This document shows, piece by piece, positions 21,299 to 33,805 of a stretch of 64,000 nucleotides of DNA. The notes beneath the pieces are model-generated. The model worked only from the letters and a program-made list of their open reading frames with translations, was not told the DNA's origin and did not search any database. How positions within the stretch are numbered: the stretch's first letter is position 1; each line of letters opens with the position of its first letter. Source of the DNA: Chloropicon primus (Eukaryota); assembly GCA_023205875.1 (NCBI GenBank), contig CP060754.1, positions 1,736,001-1,800,000 of the forward strand. The letters are read 5' to 3'. The position numbers and the translations under genes were made by a program.

Positions 21299-22003
21299 AT
21301 GAGCACGATCAAAAGCATTGCCCTCGTGGCCCTCGTGGCGCTTGCTGGAACCACGGCCGTCAGCGCGAACAACAAGGAAACCGATTTCGAGAAGAAGTTC
21401 TGTAGAGAATTTCCGAGCGACAAGTCCTGCGTCCAATTCTGTCTTGACCATGCTCACAAGTACCAAGAGCAGTGCGCGGACAACATCGAGGGGTTTTGCG
21501 TCCGCAACATTAACTCTGGGGACCAGAGGTGTCTTCCTTTCCTGAGAAAGTTTTGCCCGGACCATGCCAAGAACGGCGCCTGCGCAGAGTTCTGCGAGGA
21601 GCATCCCCACAAGTGCGGTGGAGGAAAGCAGCCGCACAACCAGTGCGTCTTCAACGGCAGTGGCCGCTCATCGGGGGGAGCCTTGGGTGCCACCACCAGA
21701 TCCACCAGCGACCAGCCGGTCGAGGTCAGCGGACCCTCGCACACCGAGATTCAAGAGGCCTTCGAGTCCCTCCAGGAGCAGCCCGAGATGCTGGGAGCTA
21801 CTCGCGGACCCCCACCCCCACCGGGTCAGCTCCCGATCGATGATCTCAAGCCGCTGCTGGAAAAGCTGGGCGTTACGCTCAGTCGCTCCGATCTCAGGAC
21901 GGTGAAGAGGCAGCTCGACCCGAACCGCACTGGCTACTTCTCCCTCACGTCCTTTTTCTTCTGGTGGAGCACCTACATGGTCTGCACCTCAATTCTCGGA
22001 TGA
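21299..22003 (+). CDS. Secreted Cys-rich repeat protein with a C-terminal EF-hand-like domain
   Basis: Signal peptide MSTIKSIALVALVALAGTTAVSA; five FC-x(6-10)-C units; EF-hand-like LDPNRTGYFSLTSF. Confidence 0.65.
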   Translation: MSTIKSIALVALVALAGTTAVSANNKETDFEKKFCREFPSDKSCVQFCLDHAHKYQEQCADNIEGFCVRNINSGDQRCLPFLRKFCPDHAKNGACAEFCEEHPHKCGGGKQPHNQCVFNGSGRSSGGALGATTRSTSDQPVEVSGPSHTEIQEAFESLQEQPEMLGATRGPPPPPGQLPIDDLKPLLEKLGVTLSRSDLRTVKRQLDPNRTGYFSLTSFFFWWSTYMVCTSILG

Positions 22004-22068
22004 CTTGAGATCACAGATATAGGTGTTGATAAGAGAGATAGATAGATAAACAGGTTTATACTTTTTTT

Positions 22069-23776
22069 TTAGCTGACTTCGAGGACGACTCCTTTTTTGA
22101 TCTGTCCCCAACCGATCAGCCTCCAATGCTTGTCCACTCTCCTGCTCAGGGCAATCTTCTCCCCCTCCTTGGTGCACACTGGGCTCGTCAGCTGCATCTT
22201 GGACATGTCGCTCTTCACGCTGAGCACCCTTGCCCCCGTACACATAGATCCGATGTTAAGCATAAGCACCTCGTTCTTGCTCAGCTTCTGAACCTTGGAC
22301 TGCTTCTCTCCTCCCTGCGTCCTCACACCCAGGAGCCTCCTGAGGAGGAAGAAGTTGATCTCAATCTCGATAAAGACGTCGGGGAGCTTTCCGACCTCGC
22401 CAAGCACCTGCCCCACGAGCCTGTCCGCCCTGGTCAGCGTTGGGTCAACCGTCGTACCAACGCCAATCAGTCCTCCCGGAACGGCGTACTTGAGCTCGTT
22501 GTGCTCCGCGAAGAGGGACACAACCCTGGAGAAGATGGGGTTGCACTTGATCTTGCCCTGCGCGTCCTTGCTCACGATTCCTGGCCTCACCTCAATTTCC
22601 TGACCCACCTTGAGGACCCCTTGCAGTATACTGCCGCCAGCGACGCCACCCTTGAGGTCGTCCACTCCGGCTCCCGGTTTGTTCACGTCAAAAGATCGAA
22701 TCACAATCATTTGTGGGGCCGAGGTGAAGTCCCTCACAGGCACCGGAATTTTGTTCACGATGTACTCGCTCACCGCGTCTATGTTGTACCTCAGCTGGGC
22801 AGAGATTGGGATTATGGGGCTTCCATCGGCGATCGTTCCCTGGATGAACCTCTGGATGGCGTCGTACTGGTTGATACCGGCAGACTCGGTGATCAGGTCA
22901 ATCTTGTTCTGAAGAATGATGATATGCTTCAGCCTCATGATCTCCACGGCTGCGAGATGCTCCGAGGTCTGCGGCTGGGGGCACGACTCGTTCGCCGCGA
23001 TAAGGAGCAGGGCTCCGTCCATAACCGCCGCACCGTTAAGCATGGTAGCCATGAGAATATCGTGGCCCGGGCAGTCCACGAAGGAGACGTGCCTCAACAA
23101 GTTGTATCCCGCCTTGCACTCCTCGCAGATTGGGTTGTCCTCCTTGCTCGATCCGAACGACCTGAAGCAAGCTGGGCGAGGGCACGAGGGGTCGCTGCAG
23201 CGGTAGATCTTTGCGTTTGCGTACCCGAGCTTGATGGTGATGTTCCTCTCCAGCTCGTTCTTGAAGCGAACTGTCGTGACGCCAGAGATGGCCTTGACGA
23301 CTGTGGACTTTCCGTGAGCCACGTGCCCGATGGTTCCCAAGTTGATCGTGGCCTGCCTCGAGATCACCTCCGGGCTCAGCGGAGTCAGCTTCGACACGTC
23401 GAGCGTGCTCAGGTCCTGCACACGGGGCGCGCGAAAGAAGAACACGAAAACGAAAAAGGAATATATCCCGAGAAATCCCAATAGCAGCGGAGCAAGGCGA
23501 CGAGCAACGGAAGAGCCACACGACGACGACGACGACGACGACAACGACGAGAGCGAGATACATTCGTCAGTTCCCCTTCCAATCCAACCGACGACGGCGA
23601 CGCGTCCCGGCCCCCTCCCAAGAGTCCTGGAGCCCTCCTCCTCCTCCTCCTCGAGTCAAGGCCTTTTCCTTCCCTCCCCTCCCCGGGAGGGTCCGTCCCC
23701 CCCCGACCAAACGTCGACGAAAGCCGCGTCCTCCCGTCCTTACCTGTTCCATGAGACCCTTGTTAGTTGTGGCCAT
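22069..23776 (-). CDS. EIF2S3: Translation initiation factor eIF2 gamma; exons 23776-23744, 23415-22069
   Basis: [21 protein letters not shown]...[48 protein letters not shown]. Intron 23416-23743. Confidence 0.96.
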
Positions 23777-24341
23777 CTTGCCCTTCCCTTCGTCTCCTCA
23801 CTCCTCACTCAAGTCCCCTCCTCACGCACACACACTCTCCGCGGCTAGTAGGTTTCGCCCTCCTTCTGAAACGAGTTTCAGCCGCCGGAAGCTGTAGCGT
23901 TTTTTGAATGTAAAGGCTTTGATGGGGTGTAAGGGGTCGAGGGTTTTTGAGGGGAGGGAACGACGACGATCGCAAAAGGAAGAAGAAGACGACGACGACG
24001 ACACGATCGCGATCGCGCCGCGCTCTCGTGTGTGTTTTGTTACTGTCGTGTAACCGTGAGGACGGACGGGAGGAGCGCACGCTTCTTCTTCTTCGTCGTG
24101 TCGTTCTTTTCTTGGGCTCGCCTCTTCGGGACGCTTTCCCTTCTTCTTCTTGAAGCGGGGGGGTTTAGTGTCGTGCGTGAGGAGCGAGAGAGGTAGAGTG
24201 GGAGGGGCGAGGACGACGACGACGACTCGTCCAAGTGCTGTGGCCCGGGCATACGTTCAACGCGGAGGAACGGGGGCTGAGGGAAATTAGCGCGACGCTC
24301 GCTTTCGCACGACGCATTGCCACTTGCGGGAACAGAACGCC

Positions 24342-27300
24342 ATGTTGACAAAGTTCGAAACGAAGAGCAACCGCGTCAAGGGGCTCTCCTTCCACCCGAA
24401 GAGGTAAGAGCGCGCGCAGACGGGCGGCCCAAGAGGGGGAGCGAGGGAGGAGGGGCGGGAGAAGGACGGCTCCCCCCCGATCCCGAACCCGCCGCCGCGG
24501 TCGACTTTCCCCCACGCTCGAAGACTAACCGTCCTTTCTTTTCGTGTTTTTGTTCTTCTTCTTTCTTTTCTTTTTCACTCCGCAATTGCCTTGCGTGTGG
24601 GACAGGCCATGGATCTTGGCTAGTCTGCACTCCGGAGTCATCCAGCTGTGGGACTACCGCATGGGCACGCTCATCGATCGCTTCGAGGAGCACGACGGCC
24701 CGGTGAGGGGAGTGGACTTTCACAGCCAGCAGCCCCTCTTCGTGAGCGGAGGAGACGACTACAAGATCAAAGTTTGGAATCACAAACTCAGGAGGTGTCT
24801 CTTCACGCTCGTGGGCCACCTGGATTACATCAGGATGGTCCAGTTTCACAAGGAGAGCCCGTGGATCGTCTCGGCTTCGGACGACCAGACGATTAGGGTC
24901 TGGAACTGGCAGTCGAGGACGTGCTTGTCCGTTCTGACGGGGCACAACCACTACGTGATGTGCGCATCCTTCCACCCAAAGGAGGACCTGGTGGTCTCCG
25001 CCTCCCTGGACCAGACCGTCAGGGTGTGGGACATCTCGGGGTTGAAGAAGAAGTCCGTGTCCCCCAACGACGACGGGCTGAAGCTGCCTCAGGTGCACTC
25101 TGAGCTCTTCGGTGGAGGCGACGCCATCGTCAAGTACGTTCTCGAGGGTCACGACAGGGGAGTGAACTGGGCGTCTTTCCACCCCTCGCTGCCCCTCATC
25201 GTATCGGGAGCGGACGACAGGCAGGTCAAGCTGTGGAGAATGAACGACACCAAGGCCTGGGAGGTGGACACCTTGAGGGGGCACTCGAACAACGTGTCTT
25301 GCGTCATGTTCCACGCCAAGCAGGACGTGATCATCTCGAACTCGGAGGACAAGAGCATCAGGGTTTGGGACATGTCCAAGAGGACTGGCGTCCAGACCTT
25401 TAGAAGGGAGAACGACAGGTTCTGGATCCTGGCCATCCATCCAGAGGTAAACCTCCTCGCCGCGGGGCACGACAGCGGAATGGTGGTCTTCAAGTTGGAG
25501 AGGGAGAGACCGGCCTTTGCCACCCACGCAGGCTCCCTGTACTTTGTGAAGGACAGGTTCCTGCGCCTGTACGACTACTCTTCCCAGAGGGAAACCCCCC
25601 TGGTGTCCCTCAGGAGGGGTGGCGGCCAGGGACTCGCCACGCCACGGTCGCTGGCGTACAACCCAGCGGAGAATGCCGTTTTGCTGTCCTACGACGGAGA
25701 GGGAGGAATGTACGAGCTCTATTTGCTGCCAAGAGACACCAGTAGGGGCGAGGTGACCTCCGACGCGGGGAGGGGTCAGGGCTCCTCTGCCTGTTTTGTG
25801 GCCAGGAACAGATTCGCGGTTTTGGACAAGAACAGCAACACAATCTCAGTCAAGAACTTGCAGAACGAGACAACGAAGAGGTGCCCCGCGCCCACGCCGA
25901 CAACTGATGCGATATTTTACGGAGGCACCGGCCTTGTCTTGTGCAAGTCCGAGGATAAGATGGTGATGTTCGACGTCCAGCAGAGGACCGTCGTGGGCGA
26001 GCTCAGCACACCGTCTGTAAAGTACGTTGTTTGGAATGCGGAGATGACCATGGTGGCGTTCCTTTGCAAGCACGCTGTGATCTTGAGCAACAAGAAGCTC
26101 ACGCAGTCGCACACGATTCACGAAAGCATCAGGGTCAAGAGTGGAGCCTGGGATGACTCGGGGGTCTTCCTCTACACCACGCTTAACCACATCAAGTACT
26201 GTTTGCCAAACGGGGACAATGGCATCGTGAAAACGCTCAACAACCCTGTATACTTGACCAAGGTGTTTGCAAACACCATCTTCTGCCTTGACAGGGATGG
26301 AAAGACGAGGCAGATCCAGATAGATTCCACGGAGTATATCTTCAAGCTGGCGCTCTTGCAGAAGAAATACGACCAGGTGATCGAGATGATCCGCAGCTCT
26401 CAGCTGTGTGGTCAGGCAATCATCAACTACTTGCAAAAGAAGGGCTTCCCCGAGATCGCTCTCCACTTTGTGGAGAACGAGCAGGTGAAGTTCAAGCTCG
26501 CGATCGAGTGCGGTAACCTTGAGGTCGCCCTGCAGTCCGCATCAGAGTTGGATGACGAAGACACCTGGCACCACCTTGGAGTGGAGGCCTTGAGGCAAGG
26601 AAACTTTGAGATCGTGGAGTTTGCTTACCAGAAGTGCAAGAACTTTGAGCGCCTGTCCTTCTTGTATCTCATTACGGGTCACATTGACAAGCTCAAGAAG
26701 ATGGTGAAGATTGCTGAAATGAGGAAGGACATCATGGGGCAGTTCCACAACTCGCTGTACCTGGGAGACGTTAAGGAAAGGGTTAAGATCCTCAAGGAGG
26801 TGGGTCAGATGCCCTTGGCCTACGTCACCGCGAAGACCCATGGCTTGGAAGAAGAAGCAGAGGAGATTGCTGCCATCCTGACAGAGCAAGAGATTCCTAT
26901 TCCAGCCGTAAAAGCAAAGGGAACTCTCATGCTCCCCCCAACACCAATTGTGAAGGCGGAGAACTGGCCACTGCTGCAGGTCGCCAAGACGATGTTCGAC
27001 GGCGTGGACATGGACAACTTGGCGAGCGGAGCAGACAACGGAATGATGGAAATGGATGGTGGGGATGAGGAAAACGGTGGAGCTTGGGGTGGCGATGACT
27101 TGGATCTCGACATTCCTGGTGCCGAGGGAGACTTTGACGTCGTGGATGACGAGGATGAGTTGGATCTGGGAGACGGCGATGGTGGCTGGGAGATGGAGGA
27201 CCTTGACTTGCCAGAAGATGTCGCAGGTGGTGCCTCGCTTATGCACGATGATGAGGTGAACGAGTACTCGCACTTGTTCAGAGTACCAACGAGTGGTGTT

Positions 27301-28242
27301 CCCGCGGCCCAGAAGTGGGCCCAGAAGTGCAACCTGATCGCAGAGCACGCTTCAAGCGGGTCCTTTGACACAGCCATGAGAATGCTCAACAGGCAGCTGG
27401 GTATCGTAGATTTCGAGCCACTGAAACAGTACATGGTAGACTTGGCAACAGCTTCGCATGGTAGCTTCCCAACTTATGGCGGCTTTGCAAGACTGTCTGT
27501 TCCCCTCGAAGTGGACTGGCAGGTGGAGAAGACGGGTAGCACCGGGGGCTCTACTCCATTGGGAATCTACAGCACAGCGAACTTGGAGGGCCAGCTTAAG
27601 GTTGCTTACAAGCTCTTTACCGGCGGAAAGTTCACGGACGCCCTGGAGGCTTTTTTGAAGATCTTGCACATGGCCCCCTTCCTTAATGTAGCGTCTAACA
27701 AGGAAGAGGATGACGTGAAGGAGCTCATTACGATCGCGAGCGAGTACATCCAGGCTCTCCTGGTGGAGATGACGCGAAGGGCAGAGGCAGGCAAGCCAGC
27801 GAGGCAAGCCGAGCTTGCGGCCTACTTCACCCATTTCAACCTCCAACCCATTCACTTGACCTTGACCTTGAGGCAGGCGATGTCCACGATGTTCAAGCTG
27901 AAGAACTTCAACACTGCAGCGGGGCTTTGCCACCGGATGCTTGAGCTCAACCCGCCTCCCAAGATTGCACAGCAGGCTAGGCAGGTGCTGGCAGCGTGCG
28001 AAAAGAACCCAACTGATGCCGTGGAGGTCAACTACGACCCTAGGAACCCGTTTGTCATCTGCTCAGGAACGCAGACGCCAATTTACCGCGGCGACGAGAG
28101 TGTCAGCTGCCCAATGTGCGGGGCCAAGTACTTGCCCAAGTTCAAGGGCTCGAAGTGCAGCGTTTGCAAGGTCGCCAGCGTGGGCGCGTCCGCAAGTGGC
28201 TTGTCCATCGTAAGAAGCTTAAAGAAGAAGTACTTCAGATAA
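24342..28242 (+). CDS. COPA: Coatomer subunit alpha; exons 24342-24403, 24606-28242
   Basis: MLTKFETKSNRVKGLSFHPKR|PWILASLHSGVIQLWDYRMG; WD40 repeats; C-terminal YDPRNPFVIC and Zn-binding cysteines. Intron 24404-24605 (GTAAGA...GACTAAC...ACAG). Confidence 0.97.
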
Positions 28243-28338
28243 AAATTCATATAGCCTGTGTTGGCTGTTTATATTAAACGATATTCTCGACAAAATATTG
28301 TTTTTTATTGTTTGTCACTGCCCCCCCCCAAAAAAAAA

Positions 28339-29835
28339 TCACACTAGTTTTTGGTATGATGCCAGCTCTTCTCTAACATCTCTCGGGAATGTATCCAGCT
28401 CCCCTGGCAACCAGTTGCACACGTCAGGCAGGGCCATACTCAGAGGCAGGTCTATCACCCTCTGCACCAAGTCCTTGAAGAAGGGGTGGCACATGGCCTC
28501 GGCTGCCGTGACCCTCTCCTTCGGCGAGTACTGCAACATCTTCTCCAGCAAGTCGATCGCCTCTGGAGTGGTCTTATTCTTGAAGTACTTTGGCAAGGAA
28601 GAGCCCTTGACCTGGGGGAATTTCATCTCCTTGTAGTTTGGATTCATCGTGAAGATCTGCTGCTTTGACGGAGTCCCAAGCACCTTGATGATCTCCACGA
28701 GCTGATCCACCCCACTCTCACCGGCAAAGAGCGGCGCACCCAGTATCATCTCTGCCATAACGCACCCCACCGACCACACGTCGATCGCTGTCGTGTACTC
28801 GGTGGCTCCGAACACAAGCTCGGGAGCCCTGTAGTACCTGCTGCAGATGTAAGCAATGTTCTCCTCCCCCGCCACTAGCTGCTTGGCAGATCCAAAGTCA
28901 CAAAGCTTGCACTCCCCGTTGACTGCGTTCACCAAAACGTTCTGTGGCTTTATGTCCCTGTGGCAGATATTCTTCGTGTGGATGTAAGCCAGCGCCCTCA
29001 GCAGCTGGTACGTGTACAGCTTCACCACCGACACGGGGACTTCCGTCTGGTTGTCCGTGTACCCGTGGCTGGCCTGGTACAACGAGTCCGGGACGTACTC
29101 CAGTATCATGTTCAGGTAGACGTCCTTGTTCGAAGAGGTGCTGAAGTAATAGTTCTTGAGCTCCACAATGTTCGGGTGCTTGATGCGCCTCATGATCTGC
29201 AGCTCCCTGTTCTTGAACCGCCTGTCCTGGTAAACCTTCTTTATGGCTACGGTCTCCTTGTTCTCCAAATTCCTGGCCTTGTAGACCACCCCAAAACTGC
29301 CTTTCCCGATCACCTTGTCTGCCGCAAAGGTGGAAACCTGGTTCAAAAAGTTCTTGGTGCTCCCCATGGACGCCACCTCGGACCTCAGCTCCTCTTGGTG
29401 GAACCTCTGGGTCTCCGTAGTGCCTACCGAGTTGGTCCTCGACCTGTTGTTCTGGTCCTTCTCCTGTGACTTCTCTAAGTGTTTTTGTATTTGCTCCTGG
29501 GTCGTCTTCTTCCCCGATGGGTTCCCAATCACGATGTACTGCACTTGGTCCTTCACCTTTGCGCCAAGAAACTTGCTCTCCGTCACGCAGTGCTCCCCAG
29601 AATATTTGCTCCGGTGCCTCTGGCTCTGGATACTCAGGCTTTGCATGCCCGAGGTCACGGAGACGCTGCTCGTCGAGGGGCCTCCCTCCCTCGCCCCCGT
29701 GCTGCGCTGCACGTTCGAGTACTTGCCGTGCTGCCTGATCTCCTCCTCCGACGGGATATCGATCCTGGTGTTCTGCCTCAGGCGCTTCATGTTCGGATCG
29801 TTCTTTGCCTTCTTCTGCGAACCCGAGTAAAACAT
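28339..29835 (-). CDS. GSK3: Glycogen synthase kinase-3/shaggy-like kinase
   Basis: [61 protein letters not shown]. Confidence 0.95.
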   Translation of the reverse strand: MFYSGSQKKAKNDPNMKRLRQNTRIDIPSEEEIRQHGKYSNVQRSTGAREGGPSTSSVSVTSGMQSLSIQSQRHRSKYSGEHCVTESKFLGAKVKDQVQYIVIGNPSGKKTTQEQIQKHLEKSQEKDQNNRSRTNSVGTTETQRFHQEELRSEVASMGSTKNFLNQVSTFAADKVIGKGSFGVVYKARNLENKETVAIKKVYQDRRFKNRELQIMRRIKHPNIVELKNYYFSTSSNKDVYLNMILEYVPDSLYQASHGYTDNQTEVPVSVVKLYTYQLLRALAYIHTKNICHRDIKPQNVLVNAVNGECKLCDFGSAKQLVAGEENIAYICSRYYRAPELVFGATEYTTAIDVWSVGCVMAEMILGAPLFAGESGVDQLVEIIKVLGTPSKQQIFTMNPNYKEMKFPQVKGSSLPKYFKNKTTPEAIDLLEKMLQYSPKERVTAAEAMCHPFFKDLVQRVIDLPLSMALPDVCNWLPGELDTFPRDVREELASYQKLV

Positions 29836-30769
29836 TCTCTATATCTCTACCGTCCCGGTGAGCACACTGGAACGTCCAGTCTCCTTCTCAAGTCTCTCAA
29901 GTCTCGGCAATTGTGGTGGTGTAATCACACCATTTGCTTTTGCTCCTGCTGACTCAAACAAAGACTGTCTATCAACCGCCAACGTGCGACAATCAAAGCC
30001 CACTCGTGATTCCTGAGAAGCAAGGTGTCGCGCCCGTGTCAGTTCCCGTCGTCGAGGCGAGCAAAGAGTCCTCGTCGTCGTCGTGGCGTTGGACTTTCGC
30101 TTGGGGTCAAGAGCCCAACTTTGCCTTGTTTCGCACACCAAAAACCAAAAGGGTTGGTTTGGCTTGGGTTGGTTTGGTTTGGGTTGAACACCAAGGCGCC
30201 CTCCAGTTGACCGCGTCCTCGTTCCCCCTCCTTACCTCTCTGCCACTTTCCCGTGGTCCGGCACCTGGTCGGGTGAGTTGTCAAACCACCCTTCTCTTGC
30301 AAACCACAAACCACAAGTTGGTGTTCGCGGGTCCCAAATCCTCCCCAGACCGCCGTTTTCTTCGAGAGAGAGGTCTTTCGAAAGAGGTGGAGCCAAGGAA
30401 TCGACCTGGAGGTTTGACTCGCCCCTTGGTCGTTGTCGTTGTCGTGTGTCGAACGACGTCGCAAGGCTCCCGTCCTTGCTGGCCTGGCGCCGAACCTGGA
30501 AAACTAAAGCCGTCGGTTCGTCGAAAAACCTACTTGTTGCCAACGCACGAGCCAAGGCGTCAAACCTACAGGAAAAACGCAGGAGGTTTTTCGAATCCAA
30601 ACGAAAATCGCGGTTTCAAATCAAGGAGTAGAAAGAAGTGTAAGGTACACCATATCAGCGTCCCTTCGGGGGGGCGCATCCCAAGGCAAAGGTTAACGCC
30701 GGAGCACGCCGGGCCAAGGACCGTAAGGGACGCAGGACTGGGACTGGATTGACCTGGGCTTGGGAGAGC

Positions 30770-31741
30770 ATGGGGAAGGGGGGGAGGGGTCTAGCCGTCG
30801 TGGTTGTGGCTTTGTCGGTCCTGGGTCTCGTAGGGAGTCGGGTGGCCAGGGCCGAGGAGGACGTCGCCACGGCGGACATAAACCCGGACGATTACGAGGG
30901 GCCCCTGAAGCAAATTCGCGGGGACGAGGAGGACGGGGAGTTCGGGGCGATCTACGGGGTCTTGGACGAGCTCGATCCGACGGACATATTGGTCATCGAC
31001 TTTTACCAGACGTGGTGCCCCGCTTGCAAGGCTTGGATGCCCCACTACGAGGCGAGCGGCAAGTACTTCTTGGCCTCGACCAAGGACACGCCGAGGGTAG
31101 TGTTCGCCAAGGCGTCCTGTGGGGACGAGAACAAGCAGCTGTGCTGGGCGTACGACATCCACGCGTACCCCAGCTTCGTGGCCGGGACTCCGGACCAGCA
31201 TAGGCAGCACCTGCACGAGTTCGACGGCGACACGTACACGGAGACGGTGCCCGAGGGCCCTCGCCAGGACAGGGTCAAAGGGACCAAGCTGAAGAGGGTC
31301 CAGGCCTCGCAGTTCCTGGACTACAACGCCAAGTGCGTGATCGACGCGATCAGAAAGCACGCACTCAGGGAGAAGTTCATCAAGAAGGTCACCGACCGGG
31401 ACCCGGACTTCCAGGGGCCTCAGGAGGACGTGTCCCACCTCGGCATCCCCGAGGAGTGCACGAACGCCGCGCGCCAGAAGGAGATCGCCGACTCCAAGAA
31501 ACGGATGAAGTTGATTCAGGAGAGGGAGAAGAGGTGGGCCCGGCAGGACAAGGACTCTCTTTGGTACAAGCTCAAAAAAGGCGTGCAGAAGAAACTTCAC
31601 GTCTTGCTCAAGCGCATGGGTTCCGACTACAGGTTCTACTGGGTGGAGGATCAATTCAACTGGGTCGAGCCTGACTTTAAGGTCCTCGCGGAGCAGAAGA
31701 CGAAGGAGGACAAGAGGAGGGGCAGGAAGTCAGAGCTCTGA
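30770..31741 (+). CDS. Secretory thioredoxin-domain protein (QSOX Trx1-like), ends in KSEL
   Basis: Signal peptide; FYQTWCPAC...PHYE...C...LC...YP matches the Trx domain of the neighbouring QSOX and of plant QSOX. No Erv domain. Ends RKSEL-stop. Confidence 0.85.
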   Translation: MGKGGRGLAVVVVALSVLGLVGSRVARAEEDVATADINPDDYEGPLKQIRGDEEDGEFGAIYGVLDELDPTDILVIDFYQTWCPACKAWMPHYEASGKYFLASTKDTPRVVFAKASCGDENKQLCWAYDIHAYPSFVAGTPDQHRQHLHEFDGDTYTETVPEGPRQDRVKGTKLKRVQASQFLDYNAKCVIDAIRKHALREKFIKKVTDRDPDFQGPQEDVSHLGIPEECTNAARQKEIADSKKRMKLIQEREKRWARQDKDSLWYKLKKGVQKKLHVLLKRMGSDYRFYWVEDQFNWVEPDFKVLAEQKTKEDKRRGRKSEL

Positions 31742-32103
31742 GAGAGCGAGAGATACTCTTGCTGTACCAGTCAAATCAAATATAGACATAGACATAGACA
31801 TAGACATAGACTAGACAGCAGTATAAAGTTTGCGTTCAATGAGGTGAAGCCTCACCTTATTGACAAATCCATCACAAACTAGAATATAATATACAGAGAT
31901 TCATTTTCACGATCCTTGCCTGAAGGAGGTCTCCCCTTTTGCCTTTTGCCTTGCTCGTCCCCCCCCACCACCACCACCACCACGAACCCAGCAACACGTG
32001 GCCTTTGCCTGGACTGGTTTTCAGGATTTTTAAAGCCAGTATCAGGAGAGCTCTCTGTCTGTCGTACAGTCGGTACCAAAGGAAACACCCAAAGGAGGTC
32101 CGG

Positions 32104-33237
32104 ATGACGGAGGATCGCGTGCGGAGGCGGAGCGGTCGTGCACTCCTGATCTCAGGCCTTCTCCTCGCCAACCTGAATTGGATTCTTTGCAAGGCCGACA
32201 CCGGTGGAACGAAGGTGGGTCCCATCGAAAAGTTTCCAGACTATCCGGATAGGGAAGTCTCCGCGGTGTGGTCCAGAGTCAGGAAGCTGTTGCCCAACGA
32301 CAGGGAGTTGGCCAGGCCTGCTGCTGCCGAAGATGGTGACGCGATCCCATCCGAGGAGGACGACGAGCTCGTGCTCGAGGGTGAGCTCAGAGAGCAGATG
32401 GAAGACACCTTGCGCGGGGCCATTGCCGAGGACCCCCCACGGAACGTTTACGGCGTCTCGCTGCACGACGTGGAGCTCGCCACGGCGCTGTCCTTCAAGG
32501 AGCTCATATCGCCTGCCAATTTCGAGGCCGGGGCCGAGTCTAGGGATGCCTTGTTCCGGTGGGAGGGGTGGATAGCGCAGTCGCACCCTTCCAGCAGGTG
32601 CAGGGAAGGCGCGTGGAAAGTCATGGGGTTCCTCGAGTGGGTCTGGCCGGAAGACATGAAGGATTCTGACCTCCACCCAAAGTTTCGCTTGCAGCTGGCC
32701 AGGAACTTGACAAAACTGAAGCAGTGCGGGCCGGAAGTGCAAACGAAGAAGGGCAAGTACGCTTTCGAACACTGCACGGACTACACTTGCGGGTTGTGGG
32801 AGACCTTCCACGCGATGTCCGTGAGCCCCAGCAACGAGGAGGAGGTGTCAGGTGCGAACATGATGTCTGCCCTCCGCGGGTTCATCGATAAGTTCTTCTC
32901 CTGTTCGACCTGCCGAGAGCACTTCTTGGAGGTTCTGGCAAAGGAGAAGACCAAGCTCGTGGAGACTTCGAAGGACTTCGCCTTGTGGCTGTGGGAGTCG
33001 CACAACGTGGTGAACATGCGGTTGGCGCAAGAGGAGGAGGAGAGGGGGACGGGAGATCCCGCGAGGCCAAAGCACGCTTTCCCCCACCCCGTGATGTGTG
33101 AAAGTTGCTTTCGCTCCGTTCACCCCATGAGGGTGAGCGAGGGGGGCATCCACGCTTTTCTCCGCGATCATTACGGGTTCAAGAAAAGCAAAAGCGAGGT
33201 CTCGGGCCAGCTGGAATCGGGGAAGGAGGAGCTCTGA
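32104..33237 (+). CDS. Secretory HRR plus Erv/ALR FAD sulfhydryl-oxidase protein (QSOX C-terminal half), ends in KEEL
   Basis: Own signal peptide; HRR segment HDVELAT...HPSSRC; Erv motifs YTCGLWETFH, FFSCSTCREHF, LWLWESHNVVN, FP...CESC. No Trx CxxC. Ends GKEEL-stop. Confidence 0.85.
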   Translation: MTEDRVRRRSGRALLISGLLLANLNWILCKADTGGTKVGPIEKFPDYPDREVSAVWSRVRKLLPNDRELARPAAAEDGDAIPSEEDDELVLEGELREQMEDTLRGAIAEDPPRNVYGVSLHDVELATALSFKELISPANFEAGAESRDALFRWEGWIAQSHPSSRCREGAWKVMGFLEWVWPEDMKDSDLHPKFRLQLARNLTKLKQCGPEVQTKKGKYAFEHCTDYTCGLWETFHAMSVSPSNEEEVSGANMMSALRGFIDKFFSCSTCREHFLEVLAKEKTKLVETSKDFALWLWESHNVVNMRLAQEEEERGTGDPARPKHAFPHPVMCESCFRSVHPMRVSEGGIHAFLRDHYGFKKSKSEVSGQLESGKEEL

Positions 33238-33805
33238 GAGACCGGCCTCGACCCCGACGCCAATGGGGTGTTTGCACGCTAAGGGAGGGAAGAAACACGC
33301 GTTTGTACGATGAATTAGAATGAATACTCGAGTAAAAGGTACCGAAATTGTAATGCTTCATTCTTATTCTCTCTGTGGGTGTTTCGTTTTGGGTCCCGTC
33401 CTTCTTGCCTCCTCACTCGTACCCCCCCAGTTCAAGTGGCGTGGTTGCGTTCCCCGTACCCCAATGAACTCGTTCGGTTTCCCCTGTGTGGTAGGAGAAG
33501 GAAAGTGTCTGGAGATGGACAAAACCGCCCTCCTCCCTCCCTTCATCGCTCCTTGCATTTTTGCCCACCTCCCTCCAGCCTCAAGCACTTTTCCAAGGTT
33601 TTGCCGAAGCTCGGCCTCGGCCAAAAAAATAGAGGTCGCCGACCCGCGAGAGGAGGAGAGGAAAGAGCGGGCGGGGAGCGTTGTGACGCACCTTACCTTG
33701 AGGAGGGAGGGAAGGCAAGGTCGAGAGGGTGGCGACGAACCTTCTTTTCTTTGGAGAGAACGTGAGAACGTGGAAAGACTCCTCGATTATCGGGTCACGG
33801 GAAGG

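Noticed and set aside
31742..32103. Intron joining the Trx and Erv genes into one QSOX
   Set aside because: Gene A ends in KSEL-stop followed by AT-rich 3'-UTR-like sequence with a (CATAGA)n repeat, and gene B has its own ATG and signal peptide. Not formally excluded without RNA data.
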